A DNA stretch of 50,745 nucleotides from Chthonomonadaceae bacterium (GCA_035650735.1 DASRGZ010000118.1:1-50745), one strand, 5' to 3'; shown: positions 17,571 to 28,631, numbered from the stretch's first letter. Translations and numbers: made by a program. The notes: generated by a model from the sequence alone, not told the origin.

Positions 17571-18203
17571 ATGCCCAGGATGCAAACGCTATTGACCGGA
17601 TTTGGCCCGTTCGGGAACGTGGTCAGCAATCCGACCGAGCGGCTGATCGCCCACTTCGCGCAGGCCGAAGTCGCCGACCACGACCTGACGACCTGCCTGC
17701 TGCCCGTCTCGTTTGCCCGCGTCCCGGCGCTGCTGCGTGCGGCGCTGGAGGCTGGCGGGCGCGGCGGCAGGCCATTTGAGAACGTGCTGATGCTGGGCGT
17801 GGCGACCGGCAGCAAGGTCTGGCGCGTGGAGCGGTTTGGCCGCAACTGGTTCGGCGACACGCTGCCGGATAGCGATGGTTTCCAGACCTCTCTCTGTAAG
17901 ATCGAGGTGGACGGCCCGGAGATGCTGTCCTCCACGCTGCCGGTGGAGGCCCTGGTCGCAGCGCTGGAGCGCGCCGGTTTCCCCGTCATCGGCTCGGATT
18001 CGGCGGGCGCCTTTCTGTGCAATCTGGGACTGTTCGTGACGCTGCGCCATCTGGAGCGGACGGGCCACCCGGCACGGGCTGGATTTCTGCACGTTCCCGC
18101 CGACGATCAGACATTTAAGCCCGGCCTAGCCAGCGCGCCGATGTTCCCCTTCCCTCAGCATGTGGAGGCCGTGCGCGTCGTCCTTTCCGCTCTGGCGGGA
18201 TAG
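17571..18203 (+). CDS. pcp: Pyroglutamyl-peptidase I (C15)
   Basis: LLTGFGPFG..NP; catalytic E (VERFGRN), C (SAGAFLCN), H (FLHVP). Confidence 0.9.
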   Translation: MPRMQTLLTGFGPFGNVVSNPTERLIAHFAQAEVADHDLTTCLLPVSFARVPALLRAALEAGGRGGRPFENVLMLGVATGSKVWRVERFGRNWFGDTLPDSDGFQTSLCKIEVDGPEMLSSTLPVEALVAALERAGFPVIGSDSAGAFLCNLGLFVTLRHLERTGHPARAGFLHVPADDQTFKPGLASAPMFPFPQHVEAVRVVLSALAG

Positions 18204-18252
18204 CCGTTGGCCGAACCGACCTTCGCCCCGGCCCAACCTCTCGGAGACCAAG

Positions 18253-19143
18253 TTGACTTTTGACCTGAGCGCCTATCTGAATGAGAAACGCCAGCGCATC
18301 GAGGCTGCGCTGGATCACTATCTGCCTCCCACCGATGCCGTCCCGCAGACGCTGCACGAATCCATCCGCTACAGCATGCTGGCTCCAGGCAAGCGCCTGC
18401 GCCCTACGCTGGTGATCGCGGCGGCGGAGGCGGTCGGCGGCAGTGCGGAAGCGGTGATGCCCACCGCCTGCGCGCTGGAGTGCATCCACGTCTTCAGCCT
18501 GATCCACGACGACCTGCCCTGCATGGATAACGACGACTACCGGCGCGGACGCCTGACCAACCACAAGGTCTACGGCGAGGCGATGGCGCTGCTGGCAGGC
18601 GATGCGCTGTTGGCGCTGGCCTTTCAACTGATCGCCGACAACGCCGCCCCCGCCCCCGCCGACCGCGTGCTGCAGACGCTGCGGCTGATCGCGGAAGCCT
18701 CCGGGACGTGGGGCATGGTCGGCGGGCAGGTGGTGGATATGCAATCGCAGGGGCAGGCGGTGACTCCGGAAACGCTGCGCTATATCCACGCCCATAAGAC
18801 CGGCGCGCTGCTGACGGCCTCCGTCCTAGCGGGCGCGCTGCTGGCGGAGGCGAGCGCGGCCCAGATCGAAGCCCTCCGCGCCTATGGAGAGCACATCGGC
18901 CTGGCGTTCCAGATCGCCGACGACATCCTGGACGTGGCCGGCGACGAGGCCAAGATCGGCAAGCCGGTTGGCAGCGACCAGAAGCAGGACAAGGCGACTT
19001 ATGTGAAGCTGTTCGGCCTGGAGGAGTCGCGGCGGCGCGCGCACGCCGAAGTGGAGGCCGCCCTGCAGGCGCTGGCTCCCTTCGACGCGAAGGCCGACCC
19101 GCTGCGTGGCATCGCGCGCTACATCGTGGAACGCGAGCTTTAG
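18253..19143 (+). CDS. ispA: Farnesyl/geranylgeranyl diphosphate synthase
   Basis: GKRLRP, SLIHDDLPCMDNDDYRRG, GGQVVD, KTGAL, FQIADDILD; TTG start after GGAG. Confidence 0.93.
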   Translation: MTFDLSAYLNEKRQRIEAALDHYLPPTDAVPQTLHESIRYSMLAPGKRLRPTLVIAAAEAVGGSAEAVMPTACALECIHVFSLIHDDLPCMDNDDYRRGRLTNHKVYGEAMALLAGDALLALAFQLIADNAAPAPADRVLQTLRLIAEASGTWGMVGGQVVDMQSQGQAVTPETLRYIHAHKTGALLTASVLAGALLAEASAAQIEALRAYGEHIGLAFQIADDILDVAGDEAKIGKPVGSDQKQDKATYVKLFGLEESRRRAHAEVEAALQALAPFDAKADPLRGIARYIVEREL

Positions 19144-19193
19144 TCCCTCGCCTTCCTCTCCCGAACTGTGAGGAGGCAAGAAAGGAAGTTATC

Positions 19194-20330
19194 GTGCGTG
19201 TTGTAATCGTCGGGGCAGGGGGCGTGGGAGCGATGGCGGCCTGGCGTCTGGCAAAGGCCGGGCACGAGGTCATCGCGCTGGAGCAGTTCCGGCTCGACCA
19301 TGACAAAGGCAGTTCCTATGGCGATAGCCGTATCGTGCGGCGCGTCTATCCTGATGCGCTCTACACGGCCCTGATGGCCGACGCCTACCCGCTCTGGGAT
19401 GAGCTGCAGGCGCAGTTTCCGGGAGAGGAGCTTTGTGTTCGCTCCGGCGGCCTCTTCTTCGGCCCGGAGACGCACCCATTGGTGCAGTCGGCGGCGCAGG
19501 CCCTGGCGGAGAACGACGTAGACCATGAGATACTGAGCGCGGAGGCTTGCGCCCGTCGCTTTCCCGCCTTCGCGCTGCGCCCGGAGGAGATCGCCCTCTA
19601 CGAGCCGAGCATGGGCTATGCCCGCGCCTCCCGCTGCGTGCGCGCCGCCGCTCAACTTGCCCGCCAGCACGGCGCGCAGATTCTGGAGGAGCGCCGAGTC
19701 GAGAGCATCGAAGCCGCGCCGGAGGGGCTGCGCGTGAGGACGCAGGCCGGCGAAACCTTCACCACCGACCGCCTGCTGCTGACCGCCGGGCCGTGGACAG
19801 GCCCGCAACTGGCAAAGCTAGGCGTGCAGGCGCCGCTCGTTGTCACCCGCCAGCCGTATATCCACCTTCAGCCGGCCCGCAACGCCGCCGACTTCGAGCC
19901 GGAACGGTTCCCACCCTGGATTGATGCAACGGCGCCCATCACCTACGGCCTCCCGCGCCTGGGCGATCTGCCAGGGGTCAAGATCGGCCTCCACGACGGG
20001 GGCCAGATCACCACGCCCGAAACCGTGGACCGCCGGGTTCGCGAGGAAGACCGCGCCGCCGTCCGCCGCTACGCTGCCGCCCGCTTCCCCTGGCTCAGCC
20101 CGGAGGTCGTCTATGAGAAGGTCTGCCTGTATACCAATACGCCCGATGAGGATTTCATCGTAGATGCCGTGCCCGGCCTGCCGGGCGCGTTCGTCATCAG
20201 CGGCTGTTCCGGGCACGGGTTCAAGTTCACGCCGCTGCTGGGCCAGATAGCCGCCGACCTGGCCACCGGAACGCCCGTTCCTTATGAGCTCTCGCGTTTC
20301 CGCCTGGCCCGTTTCGATAGCGGCGCATAG
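19194..20330 (+). CDS. solA: N-methyl-L-tryptophan oxidase / monomeric sarcosine oxidase family flavoenzyme
   Basis: GAGGVG FAD motif, GSSYGDSR, CLYTNTPDEDF (covalent FAD Cys), CSGHGFKF. Confidence 0.85.
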   Translation: MRVVIVGAGGVGAMAAWRLAKAGHEVIALEQFRLDHDKGSSYGDSRIVRRVYPDALYTALMADAYPLWDELQAQFPGEELCVRSGGLFFGPETHPLVQSAAQALAENDVDHEILSAEACARRFPAFALRPEEIALYEPSMGYARASRCVRAAAQLARQHGAQILEERRVESIEAAPEGLRVRTQAGETFTTDRLLLTAGPWTGPQLAKLGVQAPLVVTRQPYIHLQPARNAADFEPERFPPWIDATAPITYGLPRLGDLPGVKIGLHDGGQITTPETVDRRVREEDRAAVRRYAAARFPWLSPEVVYEKVCLYTNTPDEDFIVDAVPGLPGAFVISGCSGHGFKFTPLLGQIAADLATGTPVPYELSRFRLARFDSGA

Positions 20331-20366
20331 GCAGGGCGTGAGATTGCCTTCCTATTGATCCTGCCC

Positions 20367-22709
20367 ATGTCTGTCTGCTCTATTTCTCGTTGCCTCGGCG
20401 CGGCTATCGTGCTGCTGTCTTGTATAATCTTGTCGGAGCGCGCAAGCGGTCAGGCTGCGCGCGCGCCGACGGATGCTGCGCCGCGCCTGCCGGCCTCCTG
20501 CCTGCCCGATTTCACCGCGACACTGGAAGCGCCGGCGGGCAAGCACGGCTTTCTGACGGTCGGTAAGGATGGGCGCTTTCGCTGGCCCGACGGCGCGCGT
20601 GCCCGCTTCTGGGGCATCAACGTCTCCAGCACGCGCCTCGATATTCCCCATGAGCAGATCGAGCAGGTCGTCCAGGGCTTCGCCCGCGCTGGGCTGAATC
20701 TCGTGCGCCTGGAGGCCATTGACAACCGCAACTGCCTCCTCGGCAGTACGGACGCCCCCGACTCGCGCCACTTCGACCCGGAATATCTGGATCGCCTCGA
20801 CTACTGGATGGATGCGCTCCGGCGCCACGGCCTCTACTACTATCTTGATCTGCTGGACTTCCGCACCTTCAAGGATGGCGATGGCGTGCTCAACGCCGAC
20901 AAACTGGATCGCGGCGCCCGCCCTTATGCCCTCTTTGATCGCTACCTGATTGCGCTGCAGAAGGAATATGCCACCCAACTGCTGACGCATCAGAATCCCT
21001 ACTCCGGGCTGCGCCCGGTGGACGACCCGGCCCTGGCGCTGGTCGAAATATGCAACGAGCACGGCTTCTTTCTCTACCCGGAGAAGCTGGAGAGTCTGGC
21101 CGAGCCGTACCGCAGCGACCTGCGCGCCCGCTGGAACGCCTGGCTGCGTGGCCGCTACGGCACGCGCGAGAGCCTGGCGGCGGCCTGGGGAACGATCGGG
21201 ACGTTTTCCATGCTGCGCCCGGACGAAGACCCGGCCCAGCAGTCGGTGGACCTGCCGCTGCTGACGCCCGCCTCCATCCCTAACAGCCCGGCCCAGGGCG
21301 ACGTGCGCCGCGCTCCGGCGCGCTTGCGAGACGGCGTGGAGTTCCTGGTCGGGTTGCAGCGGGCCTATTTTCGGGAGATGCGCGCCCATCTGCGCGCCCT
21401 CGGCCTACGCGTGCCCGTCGCCGCCGTCGTCTCCAACGACATCCTCCCGGATGTGGCCGCGGCGGCGCAGGAGGGTGACTTCACCGCCGAAAACTGGTAT
21501 GGCGAAGGCATTGACGGCGATCCGCGCTGGCCCGATCTGCATTTCTACTCCAACCGCAACAGCCTGCGCGGGGACGGACGGGGCGGGTTCGCGCCCTATA
21601 CCGCCGCGCTGCGCTGGAACCACAAGCCCGTCGTCGTGCGGGAGTGGGCGATCACCTGGCCCAACCGCTTCCGCGCCGCCTCCGTGCCGGAAGCGCTGGC
21701 CTATTCCGCGCTGCAAGATTACGACGCGGTGCTGCTGTTCGGCTACCAGACCAACCGCGCCCCCAACGGCGCCGAAGCCGACGCCCTCAACGATTTCGCC
21801 TTCCAGTGCGACCCGACGGTGTGGGGCCTCTACGCGCTGGCCGGCCAGGCGTTCCTGCGCGGCGCCATCCGGCCCGCCGAGCGCACGGTCACGCTGACCT
21901 ACCCGGATTCCCGCCTCTTTACCTGGCCGAATCTTACCGGCGACCTGTACCGCGCGGCCTGGTGCGTGCGCCTGCAAAGCCTCACCGAAGATGTTCCCCC
22001 ACAGGATTCCGATGGCTTCCAATACACGCCAAACGGCAATGGGCGCGACCTGAGCGCCCTGCGCGCTCTGCTCGGCGACCTCATGCCCCCAAATGGGGAC
22101 GTCCCGCAGCGTGGGAAAGGCAACAGGCGAAGGAGATCGGGGGCAGCGGGCGGGGTATGGCGCAGCGATACCGGCCAGATTGTGCGCTACAGCCGCGAGG
22201 GACGCCTGGAGGTGCGGACGCCGACGCTGCGCCTGCTGGCCGGAGAGCTCACGCCGGGCCATGTCTATTTCCTCGGCGCAGGAGTTCGCTTCGCCACGCC
22301 CACCACTTATGGGGCGCTGCTCGCCTTTGCGCTGGATGGCCGGCCCCTGGAGCGCAGCCGCCATCTGGTCGTCAAAATGGTCTCGCTGGCGGAGAACACG
22401 GGCCAGGTTTTCGAGAAAGCGCCCAGCGGTGCGCCGGAAGCCTGGGCGCTGCGGGCGCGCGGGGCCGCTCCGGTGGTGACGCTGGGTCGGCCTTCGGCGC
22501 AGCCCACCCGCCTCTGGCTGACCTCCACCGCCGCATCCTCTCCTGCGCTCGCCCTGTGGATGGTCAACGGCACCTGGGAGCTGGAAATTCAGGACGGATG
22601 CGCCAGATTGGCCTGCGACACTCCCGGCATTCAAAGCCGGCTGAGCCTGCCCGGAGGCGAGCTCGTCTCCCCTAGCAGGAGGCCGGCAGCGGAGAGCCGC
22701 CGCCCCTAA
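20367..22709 (+). CDS. Secreted glycoside hydrolase, clan GH-A-like
   Basis: Signal-like N-terminus, APAGKHGFL, RFWGIN, AGLNLVRL, EICNE (acid/base), KPVVVREW (nucleophile). Confidence 0.72.
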   Translation: MSVCSISRCLGAAIVLLSCIILSERASGQAARAPTDAAPRLPASCLPDFTATLEAPAGKHGFLTVGKDGRFRWPDGARARFWGINVSSTRLDIPHEQIEQVVQGFARAGLNLVRLEAIDNRNCLLGSTDAPDSRHFDPEYLDRLDYWMDALRRHGLYYYLDLLDFRTFKDGDGVLNADKLDRGARPYALFDRYLIALQKEYATQLLTHQNPYSGLRPVDDPALALVEICNEHGFFLYPEKLESLAEPYRSDLRARWNAWLRGRYGTRESLAAAWGTIGTFSMLRPDEDPAQQSVDLPLLTPASIPNSPAQGDVRRAPARLRDGVEFLVGLQRAYFREMRAHLRALGLRVPVAAVVSNDILPDVAAAAQEGDFTAENWYGEGIDGDPRWPDLHFYSNRNSLRGDGRGGFAPYTAALRWNHKPVVVREWAITWPNRFRAASVPEALAYSALQDYDAVLLFGYQTNRAPNGAEADALNDFAFQCDPTVWGLYALAGQAFLRGAIRPAERTVTLTYPDSRLFTWPNLTGDLYRAAWCVRLQSLTEDVPPQDSDGFQYTPNGNGRDLSALRALLGDLMPPNGDVPQRGKGNRRRRSGAAGGVWRSDTGQIVRYSREGRLEVRTPTLRLLAGELTPGHVYFLGAGVRFATPTTYGALLAFALDGRPLERSRHLVVKMVSLAENTGQVFEKAPSGAPEAWALRARGAAPVVTLGRPSAQPTRLWLTSTAASSPALALWMVNGTWELEIQDGCARLACDTPGIQSRLSLPGGELVSPSRRPAAESRRP

Positions 22710-22753
22710 ATGGCACCTCAGGCCCATTCCCTGCCTTTTCATGGCGGCGCCTT

Positions 22754-22842
22754 TTCCGCCCACGCAGGTGGGCGGAAGGTTCTGCCCGCGCAGGCGGGCA
22801 TCAGGCCGTCGGCCCCACAGCGGCAGGGTTCTAGCCTGCCGC
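22754..22842. repeat. Family B half element
   Basis: GCCCACGCAGGTGGGC ... CAGCGGCAGGGTTCTAGCCTGCCGC. Confidence 0.82.
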
Positions 22843-22997
22843 CAAAAGGACGACGGGCTTGCCGGAGGCGGCACTAGAAACGCAAATAAAAGTTTACCGA
22901 CGCCTGCAATTGCAAAAAATGCTTGTTTGTGCTACTCTATACAACCTGTGGACACTTGGGAAAACCACCAATCTGCTGTTGGGTTGTGATACCACCT

Positions 22998-23918
22998 ATG
23001 GGTTCAAAAGAGGGCCAAACAATTTCGCAGTTCCGCTTTGCCAAGATGCAGGGCGTCGGCAACGATTTCGTCGTAATAGATGGACGCAAGAACGGCGATT
23101 TCGACTGGTCGGGCCTGGCGATAGAGATCTGCGACCGCCACAGCGGCGTGGGCGCGGACGGTCTGCTGGTGCTGGACGATACCCGCCTGGCCGACGTGAT
23201 GATGCGCATGTATAACCCGGACGGCACGCCGGATGTCTGCGGGAACGGTCTGCGCTGCGTGGCGCGCTATGCGGTCGAGCGGGGCCTCGTGGCGGGGGAT
23301 ACGCTGCGCGTGGGCACGCTGGCGGGCGTGCGCCCCGCGCAGGTACATCGCGACGGCTGCGGGCGGATCGTGGCAGTGACGGTCGGCATGGGGCTGCCGC
23401 GCTTTGACCCGCCGAGCATCCCCATGCGCGCCCCGGGGCCGCGCGTCATAGACTATCCTCTGAAGGTTAATGTCAATACGATTCTGCCCATTACCGTCCT
23501 CTCCACCGGCTCCACGCACGCCATCACCTTTGTAGAGGAGCTGCCGGAGGATGCCCGCTTCTTCTCCCTCAGTCCACAGGTGGAACACCACCCGCTGTTT
23601 CCCGACCGCACTAGCCTCATGTGGTGCCAGGTGGAAGGGCCGTCGCGGCTGCGGATGCGTATCTGGGAGCGGGGCGCAGGCGAGACGTGGGGCTGTGGCA
23701 CGGGCGCCTGTGCAGCGGCAGTGGCGGCCATTCTCCACGGCTACGCGGCAGAGGGCGAGCCGGTGGCGGTTTCCAGTCGCGGCGGCGAGCTCGTTATCCG
23801 GTGGCGGGAGGGCGAGCCTATCGAGATGACCGGCCCCGCCGAATTCGTCTTTGATGGCATCTACCGGCTCGATCCCTCCCGCCCGATTGGCACCCAACTC
23901 CTCCACGACTCTTACTGA
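22998..23918 (+). CDS. dapF: Diaminopimelate epimerase
   Basis: FAKMQGVGNDF, GVGADG, NPDG..CGNGLRC, ERGAGET.GCGTG (both catalytic Cys present). Confidence 0.93.
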   Translation: MGSKEGQTISQFRFAKMQGVGNDFVVIDGRKNGDFDWSGLAIEICDRHSGVGADGLLVLDDTRLADVMMRMYNPDGTPDVCGNGLRCVARYAVERGLVAGDTLRVGTLAGVRPAQVHRDGCGRIVAVTVGMGLPRFDPPSIPMRAPGPRVIDYPLKVNVNTILPITVLSTGSTHAITFVEELPEDARFFSLSPQVEHHPLFPDRTSLMWCQVEGPSRLRMRIWERGAGETWGCGTGACAAAVAAILHGYAAEGEPVAVSSRGGELVIRWREGEPIEMTGPAEFVFDGIYRLDPSRPIGTQLLHDSY

Positions 23919-24032
23919 TCCGAACGTTGATTTCTAAAGGCAACCCGCCTCCTGGAAGCAGGTTCGGCGCGCACACTGTAGATTCTAAGGCTCGGGATCA
24001 GTAAATGCTTCGTTCCTCACGGGAGATGAGGG

Positions 24033-24977
24033 CTATTGCAGGCCAACCCTGGCAGCAACGGGATGGGGGCGAGGGCTGCTTTCCATCCCATTGCGCGCAA
24101 CGGACGGCGCAGCCTCCTTGCGATGGCTGTCATGCACCAGGCCGAAGTGGATCATCACCAGCAGCGCGATGCCGAGCAGGATGCGATAGACGATAAAGAT
24201 GCCCGTGTTGTGCTCCTTCATATAGCCCAGGAACCAGCGCACGACCACGTAGGCGAACAGCCCCGCCACAAGCGCGCCCAGCAGATACGGCCCGGCTTCC
24301 GGCCCCAGGTGCGTCTTGTGCAGCACCTTGAACAGCTTGTAGAATCCCGCCGCCGTAATGAACGGGATGCTCAGGAGGAAGCTAAACCGCGCTGCGCTCT
24401 CCCGATCTAACCCCTCAAACAGGCCGGCAGTAATCGTCACTCCAGACCGTGAGGTGCCGGGAATCAGCGAGAGCACTTGCGCCCACCCGATGGCCTGGCT
24501 CTGCGGAAACGTCATCTGGCGGAGGGAGCGGGTGCGCTTGCCTATCTTCTCGGCCAGCCAGAGCACTAGGGCCAGCGCGATCAGGCTGAACGCGATCACA
24601 TCCAGCCGACGGAACTCGTTATCAATCCTGCGCTCCAACAGCAGGCCAAATACGGCGCCCGGAATGGTGGCGAGCAGCGTATACCAGCCGAGCCGCGCGT
24701 CCACATCGCCGGGGCGGAGGTTAGCGGGCGTGCGCGTGCGCAGGATGCCCTGCACGTAACGCGCCAGGTCGTTGCGGAAATAGGCGACAATGGCGATGAT
24801 GGGCCCCAACTGCACCACCGCCGAGAAGGCTGCGCCCGGATCCTCCAGGCCAAAAAGAAGCTGCGGCGCAATCGCCATGTGCGCCGTGCTGCTGACCGGC
24901 AAGAACTCGGTCAGCCCCTGCAACAGACCCAATAAAACGGCCTGTAACCAACTGATGTGAACGACATCGCCAGCCAC
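24033..24977 (-). CDS. uppP: Undecaprenyl-diphosphate phosphatase
   Basis: QGLTEFLPVSSTAH, PGTSRSGVT, AARFSFLLSIP; multiple TM segments. Confidence 0.95.
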   Translation of the reverse strand: MAGDVVHISWLQAVLLGLLQGLTEFLPVSSTAHMAIAPQLLFGLEDPGAAFSAVVQLGPIIAIVAYFRNDLARYVQGILRTRTPANLRPGDVDARLGWYTLLATIPGAVFGLLLERRIDNEFRRLDVIAFSLIALALVLWLAEKIGKRTRSLRQMTFPQSQAIGWAQVLSLIPGTSRSGVTITAGLFEGLDRESAARFSFLLSIPFITAAGFYKLFKVLHKTHLGPEAGPYLLGALVAGLFAYVVVRWFLGYMKEHNTGIFIVYRILLGIALLVMIHFGLVHDSHRKEAAPSVARNGMESSPRPHPVAARVGLQ

Positions 24978-25299
24978 TGTTTACCCTCTTTCTCCTTGTA
25001 TAGCGCGCTTGCAGCACTTGCCTGCAAGAAGTATACCGCGTTTGCGGGCGAACGCAGTATTATCGCGGGAAATCGGTCAGAATTGTGGGATTGCAAGCAA
25101 AGCGGGGAAAAATGGGGAACATGCGAGCGATTCGTACCTTCCACTATACACTAGGATACGTCGGCAGATTGCTCTCCCGTCAAGCAGTCCGCCGCGCCTC
25201 TATCTCAAGCTTCCAGGGCGTTGTGGCGCCAGGCGTCGCGCTTCGGAGGAACGCACAGAGACGGCGGGCGGCTCGGTGGCAGGTTTTTTGGCTAACCAA

Positions 25300-25328
25300 T
25301 TGACACCGGCCTTGCATTTCTGTATACT
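25300..25328 (+). promoter_or_regulatory. Sigma70-type promoter of murA-mreB
   Basis: TTGACA-17 nt-TATACT. Confidence 0.8.
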
Positions 25329-25415
25329 TTAGCAGGTCTTTTGGAATGTAATCCAGCGCTGCGCTTACTTATTGGCAGCCACTGACGAAACCGGAGCAGG
25401 AAGGGTGGCACGCTT

Positions 25416-26708
25416 TTGGACAAAATCTCTATTCGAGGCGGATTGCCATTACAGGGTACCGTCGCCATCGGAGGCAGCAAAAACGACTCCGTAGCGATCA
25501 TGGCAGGCGCGCTCCTGGTGCCAGGCAAAACCGTATTGCACCGGGTACCGCGCATCCGTGACGTATTCACTCTCTTAGAAATTTTCGGTCATCTGGGCGT
25601 CGTTTCCCGCTTTCGAGACGACGATGCATTAGAAATTGATGCCACGCATCTAACCACATCCGAAACGCCCCACGACCTGGTGCGGCAGATGCGCGCTTCC
25701 TTCAACGTCCTCGGCGCACTGCTCTCACGGTTCGGCCATGCCTCGGTCGCCATGCCCGGCGGCTGTGACATCGGGGCCCGTCCCGTCAATTTCCACGTCA
25801 AGGGACTGGAACAGCTCGGCTGCAAACTGCGCCTGGAGCATGGCATCTATACCGGCAAGGTCAAGCGGTTTGTCGGCGCTAACCTCTACCTGGAGTTTCC
25901 CAGCGCCGGCGCCACCCAGCATCTGATGATCGCCGCCTGCCGTGCCAGAGGACGTACCATCATCGGAAACTGCGCCGCCGAACCCGAAATCGTCAACCTG
26001 GCGGACTTCCTCAACGCCTGCGGCGCCAGAATTCAGGGAGCCGGCACCACTACCATTACCATTGATGGCGTGGAGGAACTCCATCCCACCGAGTTCTCCG
26101 TCATTCCCGATCGCCTGCAGGCCGGCACCTACGCGCTGGCCGCGGCCATCACCGGCGGCGACGTGGTCATCCAGAATGCCGTGATGGATCACTGCCGTCC
26201 CGTCATCTCCAAGCTGACGGAAGTGGGTGTTGAGGTCACGCCCACGCCGGACGGCTTCCGTGTGCGGCGCGTCGGCACAATCTACCCGACCGACATCAAA
26301 ACCATGCCGCATCCCGGCTTCCCCACCGATATGCAGCAGCCGTTCGCGGCCCTGCTCACCCTGGCGGACGGCGTCTCGGTCATCACCGAAACCGTCTACG
26401 AGAGCCGCTTCCGCTATACGACAGAACTGGTACGGATGGGCGCCAATATCCATGTCGAGGGGCGGAACGCCATCATCACGGGCGTGGAGCGCTTAACCGG
26501 CGCTCCCGTGACCTGCACCGATCTGCGCGGCGGAGCGGCGCTGGTCGTGGCGGGATTGGCCGCCGAAGGCGAAACCGAGATCGCAGGATTGGAGCATCTG
26601 GACCGGGGCTACGAGGATATCGTCCCGAAATTGCGCGCGCTCGGCGCGCACGTAACACGCAGCAACGAGACAGCCGCGTCAGGAGGAGTGCAAGTGTGTT
26701 CAGCCTAG
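25416..26708 (+). CDS. murA: UDP-N-acetylglucosamine 1-carboxyvinyltransferase
   Basis: [18 protein letters not shown] (active-site Cys), [23 protein letters not shown]. Confidence 0.96.
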   Translation: MDKISIRGGLPLQGTVAIGGSKNDSVAIMAGALLVPGKTVLHRVPRIRDVFTLLEIFGHLGVVSRFRDDDALEIDATHLTTSETPHDLVRQMRASFNVLGALLSRFGHASVAMPGGCDIGARPVNFHVKGLEQLGCKLRLEHGIYTGKVKRFVGANLYLEFPSAGATQHLMIAACRARGRTIIGNCAAEPEIVNLADFLNACGARIQGAGTTTITIDGVEELHPTEFSVIPDRLQAGTYALAAAITGGDVVIQNAVMDHCRPVISKLTEVGVEVTPTPDGFRVRRVGTIYPTDIKTMPHPGFPTDMQQPFAALLTLADGVSVITETVYESRFRYTTELVRMGANIHVEGRNAIITGVERLTGAPVTCTDLRGGAALVVAGLAAEGETEIAGLEHLDRGYEDIVPKLRALGAHVTRSNETAASGGVQVCSA

Positions 26709-27709
26709 TGCCGGAACTGGGCGTGGATCTAGGAACGGCTAATATACTCGTCTATATGCGCGGCAAGGGCATCGTCTTGCGGGAGCCCTCGGTCGTGGCC
26801 ATCTCCAGCCAGACGAAGGCGATCAAGGCCGTCGGCGAAGAGGCGCGCTTGATGCTGGGGCGCACGCCCGGCAATATCATCGCCATTCGCCCGATGAGCG
26901 ATGGCGTCATCGCCGACTACACCACCACCCAGAAGATGTTGGAGTATCTGTTCAGCAAGGTGGTGGGCCGGAAGCGACTTTTCAAGCCGCGCGTGCTCGT
27001 CTGTGTGCCCTCCCAGGTCACCAGCGTAGAGCGGCGTGCCGTCCTGCAGGCGGCCCAGGAGGCGGGCGCGGGCGAAGCCTACACTATCGAGGAGCCGATG
27101 GCCGCTGCCATCGGCGCGGGCCTGCCCATCTCCACGCCGGGCGGCAACATGGTCGTGGACATCGGCGGCGGCACCACCGATATCGCCGTCATCTCGCTGG
27201 GCGGCATCGTCAACAGCGAAAGCCTGCGCGTGGCGGGCAACCGCATGGACGAGGTCATCATCCGGCACGTTAAATCGGTCTATAACCTGATGATCGGCGA
27301 CCGAACCGCCGAAGAGATCAAGATGAAAATCGGCTCCGCCTATCCGCTGGAGCAGGAGCTGGTCATGCCGGTGCGCGGGCGCGACCTGGTGGCCGGGCTG
27401 CCCAAGACGGTGGAGGTGACCTCCGTGGAGATACGCGAGGCGCTTTCCGAGCCGGTGATGGCCATTGTCGAGAAGGTCAAGCGCGTGCTGGAGCAGACCC
27501 CGCCGGAACTGGCCGCCGATATTATCGAGCGCGGAATCGTACTAACCGGTGGCGGCGCTCTGCTGCGGGGCTTTGATAGGCTGCTTTCAGCGGCGACGAG
27601 CATTCCGGTCTATGTGGCCGAAGACCCGCTCTCCTGTGTCGCCATCGGCACCGGCCGCGCCCTGGAGGAGCTGCCCGCCATCCGCGAAAGCGCAATTGTG
27701 GCACGCTGA
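26696..27709 (+). CDS. mreB: Rod shape-determining actin homolog MreB/Mbl
   Basis: [43 protein letters not shown] inside the murA 3' end; 13-nt overlap. Confidence 0.96.
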   Translation: MFSLVPELGVDLGTANILVYMRGKGIVLREPSVVAISSQTKAIKAVGEEARLMLGRTPGNIIAIRPMSDGVIADYTTTQKMLEYLFSKVVGRKRLFKPRVLVCVPSQVTSVERRAVLQAAQEAGAGEAYTIEEPMAAAIGAGLPISTPGGNMVVDIGGGTTDIAVISLGGIVNSESLRVAGNRMDEVIIRHVKSVYNLMIGDRTAEEIKMKIGSAYPLEQELVMPVRGRDLVAGLPKTVEVTSVEIREALSEPVMAIVEKVKRVLEQTPPELAADIIERGIVLTGGGALLRGFDRLLSAATSIPVYVAEDPLSCVAIGTGRALEELPAIRESAIVAR

Positions 27710-27727
27710 AATGCAAAGGAAGGAAGG

Positions 27728-28531
27728 ATGAAAGAAACGAGGGCTCTTCATCCTTCACCCTTGCGAAGGATATCTCGTATGCGAAAGCCTGTCATCATAG
27801 CCTGGCTTGGCATGGGGCTGTTCGGAGGAATGGTGGGCCTGCCGGCAGGCGCTCCGGCGCGGCCCGCTCCGCCTGCGCCGCTCCCGGCTGGGAACCGCAG
27901 AGCGGCCCCGCAGCCGGTGGATGTGCCTCCCAATCACTGGGCACGCCAGGCGGTGCTGCAAGTCCTGCAAGACGGCGTGATGGCCCTGCCCGACGGACGC
28001 GCCTTTCATGGCGAGGCGAAGGTGACGCATACGCAGGCGGTGATCGCGCTGGCAAAGCTGGCGCAGGCATTGGAGGCGGGCACATGGCGTGCCGTATCGA
28101 GCCGACCCGTTCCGGACAGGCTCATGGCCGGTTCCCACGCCACATCCTGGCAGCAGCAGCCGGTGACGCGCTATGTGCTGGCCGAGACGCTGGCGCGTCT
28201 TGGCAACTATATCGCCAACGGCCTGCCCCGCCCCGGCAAAGACAGCAAAGATCTCGGCCAGTCTGTCGTCCTTCCCGGCGGCGCGGCCATCGGCGTCCCC
28301 CGCACTCACCCGGCTTATGCGTCTCTGGCCTACCTGACGCACAACCGGATGATCTGGCCCCACTCGCCGCTGCTCAAGCCGGATAACAAGCCGATCCTGG
28401 GCGCAGAACTGAGTACCGCTCTGGCTCAGATGACGGCCGGCCTCACCGACCGTCTGACCAGCCTGGGCCATGACGCCAACGGCGATACGATTGATATTAA
28501 CTCTCCCGGCATAAAAAAGCCGCGCCGCTGA
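27728..28531 (+). CDS. Exported SLH-like domain protein
   Basis: Signal-like segment, DVPPNHWA...GVM....AFHGEAKVT, second degenerate unit VPRTHPAYASL; start may be 27779. Confidence 0.7.
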   Translation: MKETRALHPSPLRRISRMRKPVIIAWLGMGLFGGMVGLPAGAPARPAPPAPLPAGNRRAAPQPVDVPPNHWARQAVLQVLQDGVMALPDGRAFHGEAKVTHTQAVIALAKLAQALEAGTWRAVSSRPVPDRLMAGSHATSWQQQPVTRYVLAETLARLGNYIANGLPRPGKDSKDLGQSVVLPGGAAIGVPRTHPAYASLAYLTHNRMIWPHSPLLKPDNKPILGAELSTALAQMTAGLTDRLTSLGHDANGDTIDINSPGIKKPRR

Positions 28532-28631
28532 GTCCGAGCTCCTCCCTTCTTGAGAATGAGAGAGTTTGGTGGTGAGGTCTGGCCCCTCTCCTTTTAGCGG
28601 CAAAACGAACTACAGGAAGCGACGCACTCCC

